A DNA stretch of 64,000 nt from Patescibacteria group bacterium. Its GTDB lineage: Bacteria; Patescibacteriota; Microgenomatia; UBA1406; GWC2-37-13. The stretch's first letter is position 1; the number at the start of each line of letters is the position of its first letter. The translations under genes and the position numbers were made by a program. The notes beneath the pieces were generated by a model that saw only the letters and a program-made list of their open reading frames with translations, did not search any database and was not told the DNA's origin. Below are positions 55,247-62,055 of this stretch, piece by piece. The stretch lies in the NCBI GenBank assembly GCA_046350875.1, contig JAXLZQ010000003.1, forward strand, positions 37,579 through 101,578, read 5' to 3'.

Positions 55247-56749
55247 TCAGAGAATGATAGCAGCACTGATTAATACAATAGGAATTAGAATGAGAAGCGC
55301 CCAACTAACATCTCCTGTTACAGGAGGTTTTGGTTGATTGTTTCCAGTAATCGGGGCTTGAGAAGTGTTTTGTGTTGTTGATGCACTAGGGGGTGTTGAG
55401 TTTTGATTGTTTTGGTTTGAATGGGTAGTAGGAGTCTGTTGAAGGTTTGTATTTTGATTATTTTGAGCAATTAGCTTCGGGGTAGCTGTAACATAAATTA
55501 TTGTCACTCCTGGTGTTGTATTGCCTGGCGTTACATTTGATGCCATTTGAGTAATAGTGATAGAAGGTGATTTTGTAAGTGAATTTAGGGGTGATGGGAT
55601 AGGTGATTGGTTTATGACAACATTCTGCCCACCTGTGACGCATGATGAGCCCATGGTGCAGTTATCGCTTCCGTATCCAGATACTTGAGTACATGTATTG
55701 TTGATGCAAGTCGAATAGCAGCATGCCGTGCCAAGAGCTGGCACTATACCAGCAGTATTACATTTGCCAGCTGTATCTCTCCATCCACACACTCCACAGG
55801 CTCTATCGCACATAGCTGCTTTTGGAGGGGTTGGTGTAATGGTTGAGGTGGGTGTTGGTGATATGCTTGGTGATGGGGTTTGTGTTTTTGTGGGTGTAAT
55901 CGTTGAAGTCGGGGTAGGTGTATTTGTTGCTGTGGGCGTATTTGTAGGTGTTTTTGTTGGTGTGGCAGTACGTGTCGGGATCATTGTATATGATGGAGAA
56001 GGGCTTTTTGTTGGTGTGCCTGTAGGACTATTTGTTGCGGTTGGTTGTCCAGATGTGGGGCCAGAGGTTGGTGCGGTTGTTGCTCCTGAAGTTGGTCCGC
56101 TGGTTGGTGCAGTTGTCGGTCCAGAAGTTGGAGCCACTCCTCCTAGTCTGACACTAAGAGATACTGGTGTAACATTTCCACAATAAGAATTTATTGCATG
56201 TGCGCATTGGCAACCTCCACACTGACTATCTGATGCACCTCTGCTTACAGCCGTATCACATTGGCTTTGTGCACACCACATACGTTCCCAATAACCAATG
56301 CACTTGGTAAAGTCACCTGTTCGGGCCATTTCATAGCAGCATAGTGGCACATATCCCTGACATGCTGGCGCAGAATCTTTACCATTTGCGTTCACATTAC
56401 CCATACACTCATTGTGACTATTTGAACCACCTGTCATTCCAAATCGATAGGCATCTGTATTCAGAGTATCATAGTCATAACCGCCGCATCCTGGAGCCCT
56501 ACTACAGACTTTTGTTTCTGTTGGAATTTTATAATATCCGTCCTTACAATAAGGTTCAAGTGAGATGTCTTCTGCAGCAATTTTTGTAAGATTCTGCTCA
56601 TTTTTATTGCTCGTCTGTGCCTCTTTCTGATTTTTAATTATCAAAAGTGTCCCTATAGTGGCAATTGCAAGAAACAATACAAACCCCAGTACTAAATACT
56701 GTATTTTGGTAGATCTATTTGGTGATTTGTTATTAGCGGTGTTAGTCAC
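55247..56749 (-). CDS. Cys-rich surface protein with a Pro/Thr-rich linker and a C-terminal TM/sorting-like tail
   Basis: 500 aa with an N-terminal TM anchor, two Cys-rich domains separated by about 100 aa of (P/T/S) repeats, and C-terminal PPVTGDVSWALLILIPIVLISAAIIL. Confidence 0.55.
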   Translation of the reverse strand: MTNTANNKSPNRSTKIQYLVLGFVLFLAIATIGTLLIIKNQKEAQTSNKNEQNLTKIAAEDISLEPYCKDGYYKIPTETKVCSRAPGCGGYDYDTLNTDAYRFGMTGGSNSHNECMGNVNANGKDSAPACQGYVPLCCYEMARTGDFTKCIGYWERMWCAQSQCDTAVSRGASDSQCGGCQCAHAINSYCGNVTPVSLSVRLGGVAPTSGPTTAPTSGPTSGATTAPTSGPTSGQPTATNSPTGTPTKSPSPSYTMIPTRTATPTKTPTNTPTATNTPTPTSTITPTKTQTPSPSISPTPTSTITPTPPKAAMCDRACGVCGWRDTAGKCNTAGIVPALGTACCYSTCINNTCTQVSGYGSDNCTMGSSCVTGGQNVVINQSPIPSPLNSLTKSPSITITQMASNVTPGNTTPGVTIIYVTATPKLIAQNNQNTNLQQTPTTHSNQNNQNSTPPSASTTQNTSQAPITGNNQPKPPVTGDVSWALLILIPIVLISAAIIL

Positions 56750-56805
56750 ACTATTTGGATATATAAAAGTATGCCATAAATTGTTGAGATGTGGAACAAG
56801 ATAAA

Positions 56806-56840
56806 CTTCAAATTCTAAATTCGAAATTCGAATTGCTAAA
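56806..56840. repeat. Heptamer array CTTCAAA-TTCTAAA-TTCGAAA-TTCGAAT-TGCTAAA
   Basis: Five consecutive 7-nt units seen directly. Confidence 0.55.
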
Positions 56841-56909
56841 TATTTAGTATATATTTACGAGCGTTGCTCTAGAGTTTAGAGCAGATACATGATAAAATAT
56901 AGAGTTTTG

Positions 56910-56981
56910 GCGCGCATAGTTCATCGGTAGAACGCTGTCCTGATAAGACAGAGGCGCATGGTTCGATTCCATGTGCGCGCA
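56910..56981 (+). tRNA. tRNA-Ile (anticodon GAU), no encoded CCA
   Basis: 72-nt cloverleaf: acceptor GCGCGCA/TGCGCGC, anticodon stem CTGTC/GACAG with loop CTGATAA, T arm CATGG-TTCGATT-CCATG. Confidence 0.85.
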
Positions 56982-56994
56982 CACTAGATTTTGT

Positions 56995-57015
56995 TTCCAA
57001 TTTGAAAAATTGGAA
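56995..57015 (+). terminator. 9-bp perfect hairpin just after tRNA-Ile
   Basis: TTCCAATTT-gaa-AAATTGGAA. It is built from the same TTGGAA-type unit and has no clean U-tract. Confidence 0.3.
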
Positions 57016-57162
57016 TTACAAAAATCAGTGTCTTCCAACAATCGCTCCGTGAGGCGCAGCGTGAATATGCTAAGCCGATCGGGAAGATATGGAGGGCATT
57101 GAAGAAATCTAAAGGTCGAGCCCGAATATGGAGGACCACTAGTATTAGCTAGTAGCATTAGA

Positions 57163-57235
57163 GGACGCTTAGCTCAGTTGGTAGAGCGCTGCTTTTACAC
57201 AGCAGATGTCGGGGGTTCAAGTCCCTCAGCGTCCA
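57163..57235 (+). tRNA. tRNA-Val (anticodon UAC), no encoded CCA
   Basis: 73-nt cloverleaf: acceptor GGACGCT/AGCGTCC, anticodon stem CTGCT/AGCAG with loop TTTACAC, T arm GGGGG-TTCAAGT-CCCTC. Confidence 0.85.
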
Positions 57236-57283
57236 CTAATTCATATATCTAAATCTTCGATTAAGCAGTCGGGTTTCCTCCAA

Positions 57284-57339
57284 AGGCGGACTAACTGCGA
57301 GATAAGGCTCGTTATGCTCGCCAACTCACAGTTGAGCAA
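57284..57339 (+). repeat. Copy 2 of the conserved 56-nt tRNA-adjacent module
   Basis: 47/56 identical to 963-1018 without gaps. It starts 48 nt downstream of tRNA-Val. Confidence 0.6.
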
Positions 57340-57410
57340 GTCCTAGACCATACTAATTTAGATTTTTGTATTTGGAATTTGTTTAGTTTTTAGTCTGCTT
57401 CCCAGCAAGT

Positions 57411-57434
57411 AGGAAATTAGAAATTAGTAATTTT
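57411..57434. repeat. Heptamer array AGGAAAT-TAGAAAT-TAGTAAT
   Basis: Three consecutive 7-nt units seen directly. Confidence 0.4.
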
Positions 57435-57584
57435 CTTCCCATTTCATTTCTCACTTTGCTCTCTCAACTCTGTTCTATGCTCTACTTAAAGTCATTGACA
57501 AATGCGCTCAAATAAAGCACACTTAATTAAGCTAAATTTTAGCAATCTTGTTTCTGTTTATTTGATTAGGAATTTTTATTTATC

Positions 57585-58787
57585 ATGCTCTATTTTTCGG
57601 AGCTCCGTGGCAAACACGTTATTGAAAATCCATCAGTATTTATTGGCACGCTTGAAGATATAGTATTCAAGGCAACTCCTAGTGCTCCAGTCTCAAAAAT
57701 TCTTGTCAAAACACCCAAAAACCATCGAGTTCTCATACCATACTCCTCTATCCTCAAGATGGGCAAAAATATTTTGATCTCTCCTGATTATGTATTAACA
57801 AATCTTGAAGAAAACGAGCTTTATGTTGGTAAAAATCTAAATGACCAACAAATTATCGATGTTAGAGGTAACAAAATGGTTCGTGTCAACGATGTTGTAT
57901 TTCTACAAAAACCCTTTCTGCATTTGTCAGGTGTGGATATTGGATGGATTGGTCTTATGAGATGGATTGGTATGGAAAAGTTTGTCAGGGATAGTGTCAG
58001 ACTGACTGGTAAAGAAGTGACATCGGAGTTTTTGTCGTGGAATGATATTATGCCTGTCGAACTTGCAAGAGGCAGGGTGATGCTCAAGAAGCAAGAAACT
58101 AGTATTGCAAAACTTCGTCCAGAGGATTTGGCAGATTACCTCAATCATTTATCTCTTCGAAATGCAAAAAGATTGCTGCACACACTTGACGACGAGTTTG
58201 CTGCAAGCGTTATAAAAAGTTTGAACGTATATCTTAGAGGTCAGGCTGTTAGAGTTTATACACCTGAAAGACTTGTACGTATACTAGATCATCTTGATAT
58301 TGATGAGGTGGTAGATGTGCTTTTGTCATCAGATCGACATCTTCGTGAAAGAATACTCAAGCTTATCCCACCACCAAGACGAGAAGAAGTGCTGAGGCTT
58401 TTCAAAGTAGCGCGAACTCCTGTTGGTGATCTTATGAATATTCAGTTTCTTGTTGCTTCACCTGTTGATACAGTGGGCAAGATCATAAGACAAATTCGCA
58501 AAGAAGCCGCGCAACTTTCTGACATAAAGTATATTTATGTAGTTAACGACGCATATGAGCTAATAGGAGTGTTTAGTTTACTTGAACTTTTATCAGAAAG
58601 TATTGAAGAGCCTGTTTACAAATTTATGATAACAAATCCAGTGACAGCATCATTGTCGACTCCAAAAGAGATAATTCTAAAGAAAATGATCAAATACAAG
58701 ATTGACTCACTTCCAATTGTTGATGATAGAAATCATTTGGTTGGAGTCGTTGGTATAGTAGATGTTGTAAAGCCAGTAAATCAATAA
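57585..58787 (+). CDS. Soluble MgtE-N-domain/CBS-pair protein with a PRC-barrel-like N-terminus (no transmembrane domain)
   Basis: 400 aa. LRPEDLADYLNHL...DEVVDVL matches the MgtE intracellular N domain, followed by two CBS motifs (..IYVVNDAYELIGVFSL..; ..DSLPIVDDRNHLVGVVGIVDV). The protein stops before any TM helix. Confidence 0.75.
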   Translation: MLYFSELRGKHVIENPSVFIGTLEDIVFKATPSAPVSKILVKTPKNHRVLIPYSSILKMGKNILISPDYVLTNLEENELYVGKNLNDQQIIDVRGNKMVRVNDVVFLQKPFLHLSGVDIGWIGLMRWIGMEKFVRDSVRLTGKEVTSEFLSWNDIMPVELARGRVMLKKQETSIAKLRPEDLADYLNHLSLRNAKRLLHTLDDEFAASVIKSLNVYLRGQAVRVYTPERLVRILDHLDIDEVVDVLLSSDRHLRERILKLIPPPRREEVLRLFKVARTPVGDLMNIQFLVASPVDTVGKIIRQIRKEAAQLSDIKYIYVVNDAYELIGVFSLLELLSESIEEPVYKFMITNPVTASLSTPKEIILKKMIKYKIDSLPIVDDRNHLVGVVGIVDVVKPVNQ

Positions 58788-58788
58788 T

Positions 58789-60036
58789 ATGAATTTTAAT
58801 ACTCTAAGAAATAGATTTACAAAATATTTGATAATCGCAACTGTTGTGGGGCCTGGTCTTATAACAGCATTTGCTGATAATGATGCAGGTGGAGTGGCGA
58901 CTTATTCTTCTGCTGCAGCAAAATATGGTTACCTATCTCTATTGACCCTTATACCAATCACAGTTGTGCTTTGGGTTACTCAAGAAGTTGGAGGAAGACT
59001 TGCGCTTGTTGGTAAGAAAGGCTTAGCAGATCTCATTCGTGAACATTATGGCGTGAAAGTCTCACTCATGGTTTTTTTGACTTTGTTTATTGTGAACTTT
59101 GGCGTTGTGTTGCAGAACGTCAGTGGACTCAAATCTGCATTTGAAGTTTTTAATATCAACACAAATATTGCTCTCCCCTTAGCAATATTTGGACTGATTA
59201 TTTTTGTTATTAAAACTCCATATAAAGTCTTTGAAAGGCTCTTTCTTTTTCTTATATTTTTCTATATGACATTCTTCTTTTCAGCTATTTTAGCAAAGCC
59301 AGATTGGCGGATAGCGATAGGATCACTTATCATTCCGCACGGCAAATTCAGTATTGATTATATTTATACATCTATGGCAGTTCTTGGTACCACAGTTACT
59401 GCTTGGGGTCAGTTTTATGTGAATAGTGCTATGGTTGATAAAAAAATTGATTTGAAATTCCAAAAATATTCTCAGTTGGAAATAATCATTGGGTCAGTCT
59501 TAACAAACGTTGTATCTTTTTTTATGATGGTTGCTGTTGCTACAACAGTTTTTGCAAATGGGCTTGTCATTGAGAGTGCCAAAGATGCAGCTTTATCTCT
59601 TCGGCCTTTTGCGGGAGATTTTGCAACTCAGCTTTTTGCAGGCGGATTGCTTGTGGCATCAATTGTAGGGGCAGTTGTTGTGCCATTGTCCTCAGCTTAT
59701 GTTTTCTCAGAGCTTTTTGGACTTAGAAGGAGTCTTAATGAGAGTTTTGAAAAAGGAAAACCATTTTATTTTGTTTTCGGGATACAGCTTATTCTAGGGC
59801 TTATCATCACAATGCTTCCGATGATTTCACTTTTTCAAATTACTTTGTTTGCAGACTTTCTAAATGGACTGATATTGCCGATGATTTTGTTTTTCTTGTA
59901 TAGATTTGGAAATAATACTAGTATTTTGGGTGGGCACAAAAACACAAATGTTCAAAATTTTCTATTGCTTGGATCGTGTGTTGCGATTATTCTTGGTACA
60001 TTGGTTAGTATTGTAGGCAAAATATTTTCATTCTAA
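58789..60036 (+). CDS. NRAMP (SLC11)-family transporter with a non-canonical metal site (NRMT-like)
   Basis: 415 aa with about 11 TM helices. GPGLITAFADNDAGGVATYS aligns with the Nramp TM1 motif but has DAGG instead of DPGN. The TM6 region LGTTVTAWGQFY lacks the MPH motif. The start is 1 nt after the upstream stop. Confidence 0.8.
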   Translation: MNFNTLRNRFTKYLIIATVVGPGLITAFADNDAGGVATYSSAAAKYGYLSLLTLIPITVVLWVTQEVGGRLALVGKKGLADLIREHYGVKVSLMVFLTLFIVNFGVVLQNVSGLKSAFEVFNINTNIALPLAIFGLIIFVIKTPYKVFERLFLFLIFFYMTFFFSAILAKPDWRIAIGSLIIPHGKFSIDYIYTSMAVLGTTVTAWGQFYVNSAMVDKKIDLKFQKYSQLEIIIGSVLTNVVSFFMMVAVATTVFANGLVIESAKDAALSLRPFAGDFATQLFAGGLLVASIVGAVVVPLSSAYVFSELFGLRRSLNESFEKGKPFYFVFGIQLILGLIITMLPMISLFQITLFADFLNGLILPMILFFLYRFGNNTSILGGHKNTNVQNFLLLGSCVAIILGTLVSIVGKIFSF

Positions 60037-60038
60037 AA

Positions 60039-60860
60039 ATGCGTAAAATTATCTGTATTTCCGATTGGGCAAAAGACGATCTTTCATTTAGTGAGTTTGC
60101 AACTGCAATTGATGGTTTTTGTAAAAAACCAAAAGATGTTAGATTGTCACGTATCAAATCAGAAAGCTCCACAGTCCACACTGGATTTTTGGTTGAACAG
60201 ACAATCCAAACAATCGAAAGACTAGGTAGGCCAAATGAAACAATGATTTTTGTAAACACAGATCCAAGATCAGTAAACGATAGTATCGAGTTTGCTCAAT
60301 CTGGCGCAAAATTTCTTATTGCTAAGCTTAGTAGTGGTATTTATGTTTGCGGTCCAAATTCTGGTTATTCATTTGCGTTTGTAAAATCAAAAATAGAGTC
60401 AGTATTTAGTTATGTGAATTTCGAAACCACGTCTATCTCAAGATCCAGGGATATTTATTCCAGGATTGTTGCGCATCTTGCTGACTATATGGAAGATGAG
60501 ATGGAACTTGAGGAAGTCCACACCAGTACAATTGAGAACAAGCCAGAAAATAAAGTAGTGTTGCATATTGACCATTTTGGGAACATAGTAACATCAGTTC
60601 TTATGGAGCAAGCTTTGGAAAATAAAAACTACGGTGGTTATCTTAGAATCAATGTTGGTAATGAAGTCCATGAGGCGCGAATAGTGAGAGACAGATTTGG
60701 TGGGTCACCTGGTGAAGTTGTGATTTATCCAGGTTCAAAAGGTCATCCAGACAACCCATATATGGAAATTGCAGTGTGGCATGATCCTACAAATCACACA
60801 GCTCTCAAAAAACACGGCTTCCAAAATGTAACCCCAGGAGATGAAATAAGTTTTCGATGA
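60039..60860 (+). CDS. DUF62-family protein (SAM hydroxide adenosyltransferase / SAM-dependent halogenase-like)
   Basis: 273 aa with the pattern ISDW..DDLSFSEF, IFVNTDPR, YVCGPNSGY and IDHFGNIVTSV. Confidence 0.55.
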   Translation: MRKIICISDWAKDDLSFSEFATAIDGFCKKPKDVRLSRIKSESSTVHTGFLVEQTIQTIERLGRPNETMIFVNTDPRSVNDSIEFAQSGAKFLIAKLSSGIYVCGPNSGYSFAFVKSKIESVFSYVNFETTSISRSRDIYSRIVAHLADYMEDEMELEEVHTSTIENKPENKVVLHIDHFGNIVTSVLMEQALENKNYGGYLRINVGNEVHEARIVRDRFGGSPGEVVIYPGSKGHPDNPYMEIAVWHDPTNHTALKKHGFQNVTPGDEISFR

Positions 60861-60867
60861 AATAAAC

Positions 60868-61941
60868 ATGTTTGAAAGCGTTAAACTTCAACAAGATGTT
60901 ATTGCAACACCACAAAGACGCAAAATTGAATTTGATTACAGAGGAGTTGATATATCCTCTATCGTTGATTTAGCGAAAACAATTGTAGAAAAAGCAAGAG
61001 TTGGTTCTAGATTATCAGCAAAAGAATCTTTTTATTTAAATCCAACAGATAGTCTCAACAATTTAGGGACATTTGATGTAGAGGGTAAAAGCGTATTGAC
61101 AGTTGCAGGATCGGGTGACTTTGCATTGCAATTTGCTAATTCTGGAGCAAAACAAGTTGAGGTTTTTGACTATTCATTAATAGCGCTACTATATAATGAA
61201 ATTAAATTAGTAGCTGCATCAATTCTCTCTGTGTCTGAATTTGATAAATTTATTAATGCTTGGAAAGATAGAGATAGTCACAGTTTTTTTGATCCAATAA
61301 TATATAACAACTCAATAAAGGAAAATTTGTCCCCACAATGTCAAGCATTTTGGGACGAATTAACGAAAGAAGAGAATATGGATGTTTTGGGAAAGGCGAC
61401 AGATTTCGCGAGTGACCATGGATTTTCAATTGCAAGACCAGGATCTGGGCGTAGCAAATTTACCACATTTGTACCTGAACATTTTACGTCTATAGACGGC
61501 CAATCCCTTAGCAATTCTGTTAATAACTGCGAAATTAGTTTAAAACATTCTGATCTCGTTTCGATGATCAAATCTCTAGAAATGGGGGCGTCACCTCCTG
61601 ATATTGCCTATATTAGCAATATTGGTTTTGGGATAGATAGATCTCTGGCATATGCCTCCAAATTAAAAAAACTAGGTGTAGGTAGAGTTATTTTTACAGA
61701 TAATACTTGCGACGCTAAATTAATGGATGATGGTAAAACATATAATGTATATGGCTTTCTGGTACAAATTGGAGGTGAATTTGCGGTAAGGTTTGTGTCA
61801 GAAATCTCTGAGAATGCTGTAAGCAAATATGGATTTGTAAACAAAGATTTTTGGAAAACCGGTAAAATCAAATTACTGGGTGTTGATTCGAATTTAACTG
61901 TAGGTGTGGCTTATGAATTTATGGGAGATACTGAGGTCTAA
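60868..61941 (+). CDS. Hypothetical SAM-binding-like protein (DUF3419/BtaA-like pattern)
   Basis: 357 aa. VLTVAGSGDFALQFANSGAKQVEVFDYSLIALLYNEIKL resembles the Rossmann GxG/acidic-residue region of DUF3419 proteins. Confidence 0.4.
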   Translation: MFESVKLQQDVIATPQRRKIEFDYRGVDISSIVDLAKTIVEKARVGSRLSAKESFYLNPTDSLNNLGTFDVEGKSVLTVAGSGDFALQFANSGAKQVEVFDYSLIALLYNEIKLVAASILSVSEFDKFINAWKDRDSHSFFDPIIYNNSIKENLSPQCQAFWDELTKEENMDVLGKATDFASDHGFSIARPGSGRSKFTTFVPEHFTSIDGQSLSNSVNNCEISLKHSDLVSMIKSLEMGASPPDIAYISNIGFGIDRSLAYASKLKKLGVGRVIFTDNTCDAKLMDDGKTYNVYGFLVQIGGEFAVRFVSEISENAVSKYGFVNKDFWKTGKIKLLGVDSNLTVGVAYEFMGDTEV

Positions 61942-62055
61942 TAAACTACACTGTTGTTATTAATTCAAGGAATGATTAGGGTTTTAATTATTGGATCTCT
62001 GTCATTTTGGATATAAATACTAGCATTTGTTTGACGAGTTAATTTTATAGTCTTC

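Noticed and set aside
55850-56150. Short tandem DNA repeats that could be mistaken for a CRISPR or minisatellite (also at 40270-40440)
   Set aside because: They are in frame and encode Pro/Thr/Ser linkers of the surface protein and of the PBP1A tail. There is no repeat-spacer architecture.
55728-56186. 152-aa plus-strand ORF rich in Gly/Val
   Set aside because: It is the antisense shadow of the Pro/Thr-repeat region of the 500-aa surface protein.
56844-57158. 104-aa minus-strand ORF
   Set aside because: It runs antisense across tRNA-Ile and the structured intergenic tract and has no coding signature, so it is spurious.
963-57339. The two same-orientation copies of the 56-nt module could be attL/attR of a 56-kb integrated island
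   Set aside because: The interval is full of single-copy housekeeping genes (rnj, dnaX, proS, frr, tsf, rpsB, recG, the PBP gene, rnc, ribosomal proteins). It contains no integrase or phage genes. The copies are only 84% identical, so it is not a recent direct-repeat pair created by integration.
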